The position numbers and the translations under genes are program-made. A stretch of DNA of 64,000 nt. It comes from Isosphaeraceae bacterium. Lineage in GTDB: Bacteria > Planctomycetota > Planctomycetia > Isosphaerales > Isosphaeraceae. Positions within the stretch are counted from its first letter, which is position 1. Each line of letters opens with the position of its first letter. The notes under the pieces are model-generated. The model saw only the letters and a program-made list of their open reading frames with translations. It made no database searches and was not told where the DNA came from. The stretch spans positions 1 through 64,000 of the forward strand of contig CBDAVP010000002.1 in assembly GCA_965201075.1 (NCBI GenBank), in the 5' to 3' direction. Of the stretch, positions 29,204 to 39,660 are shown one piece after another.

Positions 29204-30250
29204 GTGCGCGAGGCGGCGTTTCTCTCACTAGTCCGAGGCGAGCGGAAAGACCTGGTGTCACGGGCTTTGCGCTCGGGACTCTGGGGCCTGTCGGTTCCCT
29301 ATGGAGTCGCCGCGGGGCTGCGAAACCTGGCGTTTGACCGCAGCTGGAAGGCGACGCATCACGCGGCCGTGCCGGTGGTGGCGATCGGGAACCTGACCCT
29401 GGGGGGCACGGGCAAGACGCCGATGGTCGAGTGGGTGGCCCGTTGGTACCGGTCTCGGAACCTCCGAGTGGCGATTCTGAGCCGCGGCTATGGTGGGTCC
29501 GAGGGGTTGAACGACGAGGGGCGGGTCCTGGAAGAGAACCTGCCCAACGTTCCTCACCTGCAAAATGCCGACCGGGTTGGCCTGGCGAGGATCGCCGTCG
29601 AGGAGTTGGACTCGCAAGTCCTGGTGCTGGACGACGGATTTCAGCACCGTCGGTTGGCCCGCGACCTGGACATCGTGCTGGTGGATGCCCTGGAACCGTT
29701 TGGGGCGGGGCATCTCTTACCTCGCGGGCTCTTACGGGAGCCGATCCGGTCGTTGCGAAGGGCCGGAGTGGTCGTGCTGTCCCGCGCGGACCTCGTGGAC
29801 GGCACCCGCCGCGCGGCGATCCGCGACGAGGCGCGGCGACGGGCGGGGCCGCTTCTTTGGGTTGAGGCTCGCCATGCGCCGAGGGATCTGATGCGCGAAG
29901 GGGCGCCGGCGGAACCGCTGGAACGACTGGCCGGGACTCGTGTCGCGGCGTTCTGCGGGATTGGGAACCCCGAAGGCTTTCGCCGGACGCTGGCCTCGCT
30001 GGGTGTTTCCCCGTTGGCATTCCGCGCGTTTCCCGATCACCATGCCTATTCTCGAGAAGATGTCAGCGACCTGGCGGAATGGGCGAAGACCGCGGGAGCG
30101 GAGCTGGTCTTGACCACCCAGAAGGATTCGGTGAAGCTCCGGGTCCCGGGACTGGGATCGGTGCCTTTGTACGCGCTCCGCATCGGTCTCGACGTCCTGG
30201 GCGATCCATCGAGTTTGGACGAGGCGCTGGCCCGGCTGGTCCCGGGCTGA
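29204..30250 (+). CDS. lpxK: Tetraacyldisaccharide (lipid A) 4'-kinase
   Basis: [51 protein letters not shown]. Confidence 0.95.
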   Translation: MREAAFLSLVRGERKDLVSRALRSGLWGLSVPYGVAAGLRNLAFDRSWKATHHAAVPVVAIGNLTLGGTGKTPMVEWVARWYRSRNLRVAILSRGYGGSEGLNDEGRVLEENLPNVPHLQNADRVGLARIAVEELDSQVLVLDDGFQHRRLARDLDIVLVDALEPFGAGHLLPRGLLREPIRSLRRAGVVVLSRADLVDGTRRAAIRDEARRRAGPLLWVEARHAPRDLMREGAPAEPLERLAGTRVAAFCGIGNPEGFRRTLASLGVSPLAFRAFPDHHAYSREDVSDLAEWAKTAGAELVLTTQKDSVKLRVPGLGSVPLYALRIGLDVLGDPSSLDEALARLVPG

Positions 30251-30277
30251 GCCAACCCCGGGAAAGGATTTCCCCCC

Positions 30278-31243
30278 GTGTCGCGGAGTCCCGCGCAACC
30301 GCTCGATCTCGACGCCCTGGCGTTCGAGCCTTTGGCCCAACGGCCGAGCAAGGTCCACCTTGCCGACCTTGGCAAGCCTGCTGGCCACGGGGTTTCCCTG
30401 GCGGACTGGATCGACGGGCTTCCGACTCAACTCGGCGCCGAGGGCCTGCGACGACTGCGGGACCGAATGGTCGAGGCCCACGATCGAGGCGCTTCGATCG
30501 TGGCGGGGATCGGCGGCCACGTCATCAAGACCGGTTGCGCTCCGTATCTGATCGACTGGATGGATCGCGGGGTGCTTGACGCGCTGGCGATGAACGGGTC
30601 GGCGGCGATCCACGACCTGGAACTGGCCGTCGCCGGGCACACCAGCGAGGACGTCGGCCCTCGATTACTCTCGGGGACGTTCGGTTTCGCTCGCGAAACC
30701 TCTGAACTGTTCGCCAGGGCCACGAGGGTCGCGGCTCAGAAGCGCATCGGGCTGGGGGCGGCGCTCGGTGACGTGATCGAGGCGAACGGCGGTCCGGGGC
30801 TGGATCAAAGCGTGCTGGTCGCGGCCCGGCGGTTCGGACTGCCGGCGACGGTCCATGTCGCCGTGGGGACGGATATTGTTCACATGACGGGCGAACTGGA
30901 TGGGGCCGACCTTGGCCGCGCGACGCTGGATGACTTCCGGACGTTTTGCGCTTTGGTCGCCCACCTGGATGGCGGGGTTTATCTGAACCTCGGCAGCGCG
31001 GTGGTTCTGCCCGAGGTCTTCCTCAAGGCGGTGGCGGTTGCCCGGAATCTTGGCCGGCCGCTCGACCAGTTGACGACCGCCAACCTCGACTTTCAGCAGC
31101 AGTACCGGGGCCTGTTCAACGTATTGAAACGGCCCGGGGCCGACGGGATCGCCTTGACCGGCCATCACGAGTTGCTGATCCCCCTGCTCCACGCGGCCGT
31201 GGTCGAGCGGATCGGCAAGAGTGGCACCGGGGAGGCCCAATGA
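30278..31243 (+). CDS. Conserved protein with deoxyhypusine-synthase-like fold, function unknown
   Basis: GGHVIKTG, AMNG..AIHDLELA..GHTSEDV, HVAVGTDIVH, GSAVVLPEVFLKA, GHHE. Confidence 0.7.
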   Translation: MSRSPAQPLDLDALAFEPLAQRPSKVHLADLGKPAGHGVSLADWIDGLPTQLGAEGLRRLRDRMVEAHDRGASIVAGIGGHVIKTGCAPYLIDWMDRGVLDALAMNGSAAIHDLELAVAGHTSEDVGPRLLSGTFGFARETSELFARATRVAAQKRIGLGAALGDVIEANGGPGLDQSVLVAARRFGLPATVHVAVGTDIVHMTGELDGADLGRATLDDFRTFCALVAHLDGGVYLNLGSAVVLPEVFLKAVAVARNLGRPLDQLTTANLDFQQQYRGLFNVLKRPGADGIALTGHHELLIPLLHAAVVERIGKSGTGEAQ

Positions 31244-32298
31244 TTGACCGAATCGCCGTATTCTGCCCGAACCTGATCGGCGACACGGTGATGGCGACGC
31301 CGACCCTTCGCGCCCTTCGTCGAGGCTTTCCCTCGGCCCGGATCGTTGGCATCCTGAAGCCCCACGTGGCGCCGGTGCTCGATGGAAACCCCTGGTTCGA
31401 CGACATCATCCCGTTCGCGCCCAAGGCCAGGGACCGTTCGCAACGCGGCCGGGCCTTGATCCGGCGGTTGCGCTCGGAGCGAATCGACGCGGCGGTGCTG
31501 CTGCCGAACTCGTTCCGCTCGGCGTGGCTGGCCTGGCGAGGCGGCGCCCGCGAGCGAGTGGGTTATGCTCGCTACGGTCGTCGTGTCCTGCTGACCCGAG
31601 CCCTGGAACCTCCGCGAGACGCTTCGGGAAAATTCAAGCCGACGCCCGTGGTGGAATACTATCTAAGGCTCGCGCGCGAGATGGGTTGCCCGGTCGACTC
31701 GCTGAGGACCGAACTGGCCACGACGGCCGACGACGAACGGGCCACCGACGCGTCGTGGCACCGTCTGGGGCTGGATGGTTCGAGGCGTGTCGTCTGTCTG
31801 AATACGGGCGGAGCGTTCGGTCCGGCCAAGGCCTGGCCTTCGGAATCATTCGCGATCCTGGCAAGACGGCTCGTCGAAGAGGCCGGCGTGGCGGTGCTGG
31901 TCCTTTGCGGACCGAGCGAACGAGACGCGGCGAGGGTGATCGTCGATCAAGCCGCCGATCACCGGGTGGTCAGCCTGGCCGACGAGGCGTTGAGCCTGGG
32001 GCTGTCCAAAGGCAGCGTCCGGCGGTCGGCCCTGCTGATCACGACCGATTCGGGGCCTCGTCACTTCGCGTCACCGTTCGACGTGCCGGTACTCAGCCTG
32101 TTCGGGCCGACCCATATTGCCTGGACTCGCACGAATCACCCGCTGGCGGTTCACTTGCAGCATCGGGTTCCTTGTGGACCCTGCCAGCGCCCAACCTGCC
32201 CCGAGGGTCACCACCGCTGCATGCGCGACCTGACTCCCGAAAGCGTCTTTCGAGCGGCGGCTCGACTGCTGGGCGTTTCCTCGGCGATGGTCGGCTGA
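31240..32298 (+). CDS. waaF: LPS heptosyltransferase II (GT9)
   Basis: PNLIGDTVM, LPNSFRSA, GGAFGPAKAW, DSGPRH, LFGPT. Confidence 0.88.
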   Translation: MIDRIAVFCPNLIGDTVMATPTLRALRRGFPSARIVGILKPHVAPVLDGNPWFDDIIPFAPKARDRSQRGRALIRRLRSERIDAAVLLPNSFRSAWLAWRGGARERVGYARYGRRVLLTRALEPPRDASGKFKPTPVVEYYLRLAREMGCPVDSLRTELATTADDERATDASWHRLGLDGSRRVVCLNTGGAFGPAKAWPSESFAILARRLVEEAGVAVLVLCGPSERDAARVIVDQAADHRVVSLADEALSLGLSKGSVRRSALLITTDSGPRHFASPFDVPVLSLFGPTHIAWTRTNHPLAVHLQHRVPCGPCQRPTCPEGHHRCMRDLTPESVFRAAARLLGVSSAMVG

Positions 32299-32311
32299 CT
32301 GGGGTATTGCG

Positions 32312-33223
32312 ATGCCGAGGTGGCTCGTCACCGGTGGCTCGGGGTTCCTCGGTCGCCACATCCTGGCGGAATGGCGGCGGGGCCAGTCGGAGGCCGATCG
32401 GTTGCTGATGATCGGTCGTCAACCCCCGCCCTCGGGGTTCCCGGCCGGGTTCGAGCGGGTCGACCTGTGCGACCGCGAAGCCCTCTCGGCGGCAGTGGGT
32501 CGGTTTCCGCCCGATTTCGTGATCCACGCGGCGGGCGTAACTCCTCCGGCGGAGTCTCGGTCGCTGGAACTCGGGAACGTCCAGGCGACCGACGCACTCG
32601 TGGAGGTTCTTGAACGATCGGGACGGCCGGTGAGGCTGGTCGCGCTGGGGTCGGCCGCCGAGTTGGGAGCGGTCCCCCCGGAACGATTGCCCGTGGGCGA
32701 GGATTTCGCTCCGCGTCCCTTGGGGGATTACGGACGGACCAAGCTGGCGGCCACCGAGCGGGTGATCGGGGCCCGTTCGCCGGTCGCGGGCATTGTCGCG
32801 AGAGTCTTCAATCCCATCGGTCCGGGCCAGCCCAAGACGCAGGCGTTTGGCAGGTTGTGCGCCTCGCTGGCCTCGCCGGGTCCCGGGACGGTCCGGTTGA
32901 CTGTGGCCAACCTCGACGCTCGCCGGGATTTTATTGACGCGCGCGACGTCGCCCGAGCGGTGATCGGGCTCGCGGAGCGCGGGCGGGCCGGCGAGGTTTA
33001 TCACGTGGGGACGGGGCAATCTCGGTCGATCGGCGATGGTCTCGACGTCTTGATCCGCCAGAGCGGTCGCAACGTGGAGGTCGACTCCCACACGGCGGCG
33101 GAAGGGCTGACGGATTCCCGGGCCGACCCGGGGAAGTTGATCGGCCAGACAGGTTGGAGCCCGGCTTATTCCTGGGAACAAAGCCTTGGCGACCAGTGGA
33201 ACGCGGCGATTCGGGCCGACTGA
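32312..33223 (+). CDS. NAD-dependent sugar epimerase/reductase (Rmd-like SDR)
   Basis: VTGGSGFLG, GSAAE, YGRTK, RVFNPIGPGQ, RDFIDARDV. Confidence 0.85.
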   Translation: MPRWLVTGGSGFLGRHILAEWRRGQSEADRLLMIGRQPPPSGFPAGFERVDLCDREALSAAVGRFPPDFVIHAAGVTPPAESRSLELGNVQATDALVEVLERSGRPVRLVALGSAAELGAVPPERLPVGEDFAPRPLGDYGRTKLAATERVIGARSPVAGIVARVFNPIGPGQPKTQAFGRLCASLASPGPGTVRLTVANLDARRDFIDARDVARAVIGLAERGRAGEVYHVGTGQSRSIGDGLDVLIRQSGRNVEVDSHTAAEGLTDSRADPGKLIGQTGWSPAYSWEQSLGDQWNAAIRAD

Positions 33224-33347
33224 CACGTCTGGGCAAGTTTGGAACGCGTCTTTGGCATTGCTCGGGCGTGGGGGGTCGCTACAATGCCGCCGCCGCGGCC
33301 GATGGATCGCGCCTCGGAGAGTTTTCGAGGGTTCAAGGAAGGACCCG

Positions 33348-34940
33348 ATGCCCCGTCGCCGGTTCGTCCTTGGTGGGACTGTGCTGCTGTCGGTCATGCT
33401 CCACGCGATGGGCATGGCGCGATCCCCCCTGCCCGCCCAGGATGGCCTGAAATACCTCCGCGTGGCTCGGGCGTTTCAATCCGAGTCGCCGATTCTTGCC
33501 ATCCGCGGGACCGATCAACATCCGCTCTACCCGATGGCCGTCGCCCTGGTTCAGCCGGTCGTGGCCTGGGGATCGGGTCCGGGGCCCGACTCCTGGCGGG
33601 TCGCGGCGCAAGGGGTTTCCGCCCTGGCGTCGGTCCTGTTGCTGTTCCCGCTTCATCGACTGACCCGGGCCCTGTTCGAGAATTCGGCCGCCGACCTGGG
33701 TTGCTTTCTCTACGTCTTGCTACCCCGGCCCGCGGCAATTGGGCATGACACACTGGCCGATCCCCTGGCGTTGCTAGCCTGCCTGACATCGCTGGACTGT
33801 GGTTGGCGAGCGTTGGCGGGGCGCGACATCCGTTGGGCGATCGGCTGTGGATTGGCCGGGGGTTTGGGTTACTGGATTCGCCCCGAGGTGCTCGTGGCAC
33901 CGCTGGTCGTGGGACTGGTCGGGGTCGTTCTCGCCGCGCGTCGAGGCTTTCGAGGCGACCTGTCGAACCGTTGGGCGTCGGACCCGCTCCGAGCCTTCGG
34001 GGTCGTCTCGGTCGCGGCCCTGGCGATGGTCGGGTTGTACGCCTCGGCCAAGGGGGAGGTTTCGGAGAAACTCGCGTTACGACGCTGGGCGGGGATGGCC
34101 CCGTCGTCGTCGCCGAAACCGGTCGCGAGTCGGCCGGTCCGCGATGGGCTGGAGGATCGTCACTGGGATTTCTCGGCGAAGGCCGAGGAGGGGCCGCCGG
34201 CTCGCTGGACCGTTCGCGACGCGGCGGGAGCGATGGTGGATGCCTGGGCCGAAGGATTGGGCTGGCTACTGGCCCCGTTCGTCTTTTGGGGGATGGTTCG
34301 GGCTCGGCGTTACGAGGGAAGTTCCCTTGCCGTGGTCGTTTGCGGAATTTATGCGTTGGTCTTCGTGGGGATCCTCCTGCGCCATGCCACCGGCCTCGGC
34401 TACCTGTCGGCGAGGCATTGCCTGTCGCTGGTGGTTCTCGGCATCCCCTGGGCGGCGGCCGGGATCTTGACCTGTGCCCGTCGACTGGCGGGTTGGTTGC
34501 CCCTGGGGATCGGACGAGGGCTGGGGGTCTCGGCTTTGATGGTGATGCTGATCGTGGGCGTCGGGATGCAATGGAAGGAAGCCCATGCGAGCCGGCTGGG
34601 GCATCGCGAGGCGGGGCGTTGGCTGGCGGACCATTGCGGGACGGATGAGGGGATTCTGGATACTCGGGGCTGGGCGGCGTTCCTGTCGGGCCGGTCCCGG
34701 GTGTATGACCCCTGGCACATCCGCCAGGCGTTACGCGACGACCGCCTGGCGTACCTTGTGGTGGGCTCCGACGAACTTCTCGGCGAGAGCCGGCGGGCCG
34801 AGACCCTGCGGGCGTTGGTTGACTTCGCGTTCTCGGGCGGACCCATCGCGTCGTTCGCGGGCCGACTCGGCGAGCGGGACGATTCGGTCGAGGTCTACCG
34901 GTTTCGCCGGCCGACGTCGTGGGAGGGGTTCCGGCCATGA
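33348..34940 (+). CDS. Multi-TM glycosyltransferase, GT39/ArnT-like
   Basis: DGLKY, QHPLYP, RPE motif, many TM helices. Confidence 0.7.
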   Translation: MPRRRFVLGGTVLLSVMLHAMGMARSPLPAQDGLKYLRVARAFQSESPILAIRGTDQHPLYPMAVALVQPVVAWGSGPGPDSWRVAAQGVSALASVLLLFPLHRLTRALFENSAADLGCFLYVLLPRPAAIGHDTLADPLALLACLTSLDCGWRALAGRDIRWAIGCGLAGGLGYWIRPEVLVAPLVVGLVGVVLAARRGFRGDLSNRWASDPLRAFGVVSVAALAMVGLYASAKGEVSEKLALRRWAGMAPSSSPKPVASRPVRDGLEDRHWDFSAKAEEGPPARWTVRDAAGAMVDAWAEGLGWLLAPFVFWGMVRARRYEGSSLAVVVCGIYALVFVGILLRHATGLGYLSARHCLSLVVLGIPWAAAGILTCARRLAGWLPLGIGRGLGVSALMVMLIVGVGMQWKEAHASRLGHREAGRWLADHCGTDEGILDTRGWAAFLSGRSRVYDPWHIRQALRDDRLAYLVVGSDELLGESRRAETLRALVDFAFSGGPIASFAGRLGERDDSVEVYRFRRPTSWEGFRP

Positions 34941-35785
34941 CTTACGGCACCTTCCTTCGCCGCTTGACTCGCGGGACTCGCTGGACCTGGACCGACAAGG
35001 CCCATCACGGGGCCTTGCCGGCGGATCTGGGGGAATCGGCGTGGACTCTGTCGGTGGCCGACCGTTATCACGCGAAGCAGGGCCGGTCGACGGGGCGGTT
35101 GCGGTTTGATGCGCCTCGGGGCGGAACGCTGTCGGTCTACCTGAAGCGTCATGAGCAACTGCCGTGGCCGGAACGGTTGCGGGCCTTGGTTATCCCGGGC
35201 CGGGGGGCTCACTCGCCGGCCTCGGCGGAGTGGGCTCATCTGGAGACAGTTCGGGCGCTGGGGATCGCGGTGCCGGAGGTTGTCGCGGTGGGCGAGCAGA
35301 TCGGACCCTGGGGCCAGTTGCGGAGCTTCTTGATGGTGGCCGAGTTGGTGGGGTCGGAAGCGCTGAATGAGAGCTTGCCGGGGCTGGTCGCGACGCTGGA
35401 TCCTGGCGAGTTCGCCCGCCTCAAGCGCTCTTGGATTCGGGAGATGGCCGAGATCGCCGCGAGACTGCATGGCGCCGGGGCGTTTCACAAGGATTTCTAC
35501 TTGTGCCACTTCTACCTCGACCTGAGCCGACTTCGGGCCGAGGGGGGGCGGTTCACCTTGATCGACCTCCATCGCCTGGGAATCCATCGCTGGTTCGCGG
35601 CTCGTTGGCGGGTCAAGGACCTGGGCCAGTTGTTGTTTTCAACTTATGGCGTGTCGGGGATTGGGGATCGAGATCGCCTGCGGTTCTGGAAGCATTACCG
35701 GGAACGCGTGGGGTTGGGCCGTCGTGGTTGGCATTGGCGGGCGGTTCGGGCCAAGGCGGCTCGTTACCAGGCTCACAACGGCTAA
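34937..35785 (+). CDS. waaP: LPS core heptose kinase
   Basis: YLKRH, HKDFYLCHF, LIDLHR, RWRVKDL. Confidence 0.82.
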   Translation: MTYGTFLRRLTRGTRWTWTDKAHHGALPADLGESAWTLSVADRYHAKQGRSTGRLRFDAPRGGTLSVYLKRHEQLPWPERLRALVIPGRGAHSPASAEWAHLETVRALGIAVPEVVAVGEQIGPWGQLRSFLMVAELVGSEALNESLPGLVATLDPGEFARLKRSWIREMAEIAARLHGAGAFHKDFYLCHFYLDLSRLRAEGGRFTLIDLHRLGIHRWFAARWRVKDLGQLLFSTYGVSGIGDRDRLRFWKHYRERVGLGRRGWHWRAVRAKAARYQAHNG

Positions 35786-35804
35786 CCCCTTGGAAAGGAA
35801 CGCG

Positions 35805-37064
35805 ATGCGACTGGCGTTGAACTACTACCGAGTGGAGCCGGGTCGCGGTGGGGCGGAGACCTATGTCGCCGACCTGGCCCGGCGTTTAGTCGCCGGAGGG
35901 CATCGGGTCGACCTATTCGCCCATGCCTGGGACGCCGACGTCCTGCCGGGTGTTTGCTGCCGCAAGGTCGAGGCTCCCGGGTTGACCCGTCCGGCCCGGC
36001 TGCGAGCGTTCGCCGAGAATTCCGAGGCGGCGCTGCGGCGGGAGTCGTTCGACTGCACGGTCGGCTTCATCAACACCTGGTACCAGGACGTCCTGATCCC
36101 CCAGGGCGGCGTCTTCCGAGCCAGCCTGGAGTGCAACGCCCGGAGGTATCCGGCTGGCTGGCGTCGGGCCGCTTACCTTGCGGGAAAGTTGGCCAACCCG
36201 AAGGCGTGGTTGCAGCAGGCCATCGAGGCCCATCAGTACGACCCGGCTCGGGGGACTCGCGTGGTCGCCGTGAGCGGGATGGTGCGCGGGCATCTCGAAC
36301 GGTTCCACTGTGTCCCTCGGGATCGGGTGAGTGTCATCCCCAACGCCATCGACGCTGGCCGCCTGGCAGTGCCCGACCCCGCCGCCACTCGTCGGGAAAC
36401 TCGCCAACGGCTGGGACTGGCGGCCGATGACCTGGTGGGCCTGTTCGTCGGTCATAACTTTCGGTTGAAAGGGTTGAAGCCGCTGTTGCTGGCGCTGGCG
36501 GCCCGTCGGCGGCGGGTGGGGCGGTCGCGGCCGATCCATCTGCTCGTTTGCGGAGGGGGCGATCCTGATCCGTTCCGGTCGCTCATCCGTCGACTGGGAC
36601 TGGAGGGGGAGGTCCACCTGGTCGGATTCTTGCCGAGGGTGGCCGATGGATATCACGCGAGCGACTTTTTCGTCCTGCCAACCTATTACGACCCGTGCTC
36701 GCTGGTGGTCTTCGAGGCTTTGGCGTGCGGGCTGCCGGTCATCACCACAGCCTGCAATGGCGCTGGGGAGGTGATGACGCCGGGGCGTGAGGGGTTCGTC
36801 ATCAACAACCCCGACGCCCTGGCCCACCTTGCCGACTGCCTCGATCAGATGACCAATGACTCGGCCCGCCGGACCATGTCGGCCCATGCGGCGGAACTGG
36901 GACGTGCCCAGTCGTTCGATGCCCATGTCGCGAAATTGGTGGACCTGTTTGAAGCGGTCGCCGCCGCCAAACGCGGTCCGGCCTCGCGAGTGAATCCACC
37001 CAACAGAACGATTCCCGAACGGTTGACGACGGCCAAGCGGGGCTTCCACGAGACCGCGGCCTAG
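35805..37064 (+). CDS. GT4 glycosyltransferase (WaaG-like)
   Basis: GGAETY, FRLKG, PTYYDPCSLVVFEALACGLPVIT. Confidence 0.85.
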   Translation: MRLALNYYRVEPGRGGAETYVADLARRLVAGGHRVDLFAHAWDADVLPGVCCRKVEAPGLTRPARLRAFAENSEAALRRESFDCTVGFINTWYQDVLIPQGGVFRASLECNARRYPAGWRRAAYLAGKLANPKAWLQQAIEAHQYDPARGTRVVAVSGMVRGHLERFHCVPRDRVSVIPNAIDAGRLAVPDPAATRRETRQRLGLAADDLVGLFVGHNFRLKGLKPLLLALAARRRRVGRSRPIHLLVCGGGDPDPFRSLIRRLGLEGEVHLVGFLPRVADGYHASDFFVLPTYYDPCSLVVFEALACGLPVITTACNGAGEVMTPGREGFVINNPDALAHLADCLDQMTNDSARRTMSAHAAELGRAQSFDAHVAKLVDLFEAVAAAKRGPASRVNPPNRTIPERLTTAKRGFHETAA

Positions 37065-37107
37065 CGTCGAGGGGACTCGCGACTCTTGGGGACGGGGAGA
37101 CCACGAG

Positions 37108-37926
37108 ATGCAGGCGATCGTTCTGGCCGGCGGCAAAGGGACACGGCTGCGGCCGTTCACCCACACCTTGCCCAAGCCGTTGATGCCCCTGGGGGACGCC
37201 GACCCGATGCCGATCCTGGAGGTCGTCCTCCGGCAACTGGGCATGGCGGGGTTTGGCGATGTCACGATCATCACCGGATATCTTACCCAGTTGATCGAGG
37301 CGTTTTGCGGTGACGGTCGCCAATATGGCGTGGACGTGACGTATCGGCGAGAAGTCACCCCCCTGGGGACGGCCGGGGGCCTGGCTTTGGTTCCCCGGCC
37401 CGTCGAGCCCGTCCTGGTGATCAATGGGGACATCCTGACGACTCTCGACTTCGCCGGGATGTACGCCTTCCATCAGTCCCGAGCCGCGGCGGCGACCATC
37501 GCGGCCTATCCCCGGGAAGTCAAAATTGACTTTGGCGTTCTGGACTTCGGCGATGACCCGCACGTTCTGGCCGGTTATCGAGAGAAGCCGGAGTTCGCCT
37601 TCCAGGTCAGCATGGGGGTTTACATCCTCAATCCCTCGGCCTGGGACCACCTGCGGCCTGACCGGGCGTTGCAGATGCCGGACCTGCTGGAAATCTTGAG
37701 AGGCGAGGGGCGCGAGGTCCATTGCTTCCGTGAGCCTTGCTACTGGCTGGACATCGGTCGTCATGACGACTTCGCGACCGCCAACGAGATCTTCGAGGCG
37801 CGTCGGGGCGAATTCCTCGGCGAACCGGTTCGAGAGCGCCCCTTGATTGTCCACGAAGGGGCTTCCCGACTGGCCGGCCCTCATGCGGGCGCGGTCGAAA
37901 TGGCCGACCGGGCGCGACCTTCGTGA
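37108..37926 (+). CDS. Sugar-phosphate nucleotidyltransferase
   Basis: LAGGKGTRLRP..PKPL, PLGTAG, NGD, EKP, WLDIG. Confidence 0.9.
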   Translation: MQAIVLAGGKGTRLRPFTHTLPKPLMPLGDADPMPILEVVLRQLGMAGFGDVTIITGYLTQLIEAFCGDGRQYGVDVTYRREVTPLGTAGGLALVPRPVEPVLVINGDILTTLDFAGMYAFHQSRAAAATIAAYPREVKIDFGVLDFGDDPHVLAGYREKPEFAFQVSMGVYILNPSAWDHLRPDRALQMPDLLEILRGEGREVHCFREPCYWLDIGRHDDFATANEIFEARRGEFLGEPVRERPLIVHEGASRLAGPHAGAVEMADRARPS

Positions 37927-39614
37927 GCGTCGCGGGCGCGGCGTTCTTGTTCGTGGGCCTGGCCTACCTGATTGGGGCGATCCCGTTCGCGTATTTGGTC
38001 GTGTGGGTCGTGAAGGGGGTCGACATCCGGACCGTGGGGTCGGGGAACGTCGGGGCGACAAACGCGGGACGTTTGCTTGGCTTCCGCTACTTCCTGCTGA
38101 TCTTCGCGTTCGACCTTCTCAAGGGGCTTCTCCCCACGCTGCTGTTTCCCCTCCTGGCGGCGAGGCAGGTTGGTCGCGAGGTTGACGGGCTGGTGGTGGG
38201 CGTGGCCCTGGCGACGATCCTTGGGCACAACTTCCCCGTTTACCTGAGCTTTCGGGGGGGAAAGGGCGTGGCGACCAGCCTCGGGGCGGCGCTCGCAATC
38301 GACCCGATCGCCGGAGGAGTCGCCACCCTGGTGTTCGTCCTGGGGTTGCTCGCGACCCGGATGGTCTCTCTGTCGTCCATCCTGGGCGCTCTGGCCTATG
38401 TCGTGACCTACTTCGTCAGGATTCACGGCCAGGCCTGGGATGGAACCCATCGAGTGACCAACGTGCTGATCCTAGGTCTCCTGGGGATGCTGATCGTGCG
38501 TCATCGAGCGAATTACGCCCGGATCGTGGCGGGGACCGAGGCGAAGGTGAATCTTCCGTGGTGCCGCAAGCCTCCGTCCGGCAAGGTTTCCGTCGCGTTG
38601 CTGTTGGGGTTGTCGGTAGCCGTGGTCCTCGTCGGGGGTGCCGCGGCGGTCGTCGCGCGGCCCTCTCGGCTGGTTTGCGACTCGGTCGCCCTGGAGGTTG
38701 TGGCTCGGGTCGAAACCGCTCACCAGCGGGCCGGCCGGTTGGAGTTTCTGGAGGGGGGGCGCCGGCTCGCGGTCTGTTGCCCCAGGTACAACCGGGTCGT
38801 TTTGTATCAAATCTCGTCCGACCTTCATTTCCGGATCGTGAGGGATATCCCCCTGGAAGGGAGGCCGGTTGCCGTTCGCGGATGGGGCGACCGGCTCTAT
38901 GTGCTTCAACGGCCAACGTCCGACTCCCGGCACGTCGAGGCCGGCTGGTGGGAAACCTTTGATTCGCGGGGCCAGAAGGTTGGGGAACGGTTCCGGGTGG
39001 GCTTCGACCCCGATGACCTGGTGGTTTCCGCCGATGGGCGGACGGCGTGGGTTTTGCTCTCAGGTCGCGCCGAGGGGGAAGCTAACCGGCCGGCCCCGGA
39101 ACTTTTGGCGGTGGATTTGGGTGATGGGTCGGTTCCGCCGCGAATCAGGGGACACGCGGAGCTGGGCGAGCCCGAGGCGGACCCGGAACGGATCCATCTC
39201 GACTCGGAGGGACGGATCGCCACGGTCACGTTCAGCGGGACGGGGCCAATGGCGTTGGTCGACGTTTCCTGTCCTGACCAGCCTTCGCTGTTGAGGAGGG
39301 TGGAACGGGTGGCAACGGCCTCCCCCGACGACCTGCCGCCGCCGGCGGGGGTCGAGGCGGTCGAGCTGGCGGGGCCCGCGGCTTGCCGGGTTTGGGTCCA
39401 GGAGAATGATTCGTGCCTTTCCGTCCGGGAAGGAAGTCGCGGGGCGGTGGAGACGCTGCCCCTGCGGGGAACCGCGAACCTCGGAGGCATCCGGCCGGTT
39501 GGCCTGGCCTATAGCCGGGAGCGTGGGTTGCTCGCCGTGTCGAACCGCCAGGGGGGAAGTGTCCACTTGATCGTCGTGGAGAGCCGTTTGACGACGTCTC
39601 TTGACCCGGAGTAA
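37923..39614 (+). CDS. plsY: Glycerol-3-phosphate acyltransferase PlsY fused to a C-terminal beta-rich domain
   Basis: YLIGAIP, GSGNVGATN, DLLKG, GHNFP, GGKGVAT, RHRAN in the first ~210 aa; then an extra TM helix and about 320 aa soluble region. Confidence 0.82.
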   Translation: MSVAGAAFLFVGLAYLIGAIPFAYLVVWVVKGVDIRTVGSGNVGATNAGRLLGFRYFLLIFAFDLLKGLLPTLLFPLLAARQVGREVDGLVVGVALATILGHNFPVYLSFRGGKGVATSLGAALAIDPIAGGVATLVFVLGLLATRMVSLSSILGALAYVVTYFVRIHGQAWDGTHRVTNVLILGLLGMLIVRHRANYARIVAGTEAKVNLPWCRKPPSGKVSVALLLGLSVAVVLVGGAAAVVARPSRLVCDSVALEVVARVETAHQRAGRLEFLEGGRRLAVCCPRYNRVVLYQISSDLHFRIVRDIPLEGRPVAVRGWGDRLYVLQRPTSDSRHVEAGWWETFDSRGQKVGERFRVGFDPDDLVVSADGRTAWVLLSGRAEGEANRPAPELLAVDLGDGSVPPRIRGHAELGEPEADPERIHLDSEGRIATVTFSGTGPMALVDVSCPDQPSLLRRVERVATASPDDLPPPAGVEAVELAGPAACRVWVQENDSCLSVREGSRGAVETLPLRGTANLGGIRPVGLAYSRERGLLAVSNRQGGSVHLIVVESRLTTSLDPE

Positions 39615-39660
39615 ATTGGTCACCGGGGCGGATCGCTCCCGACGTCGGAGGTTTCCAACG

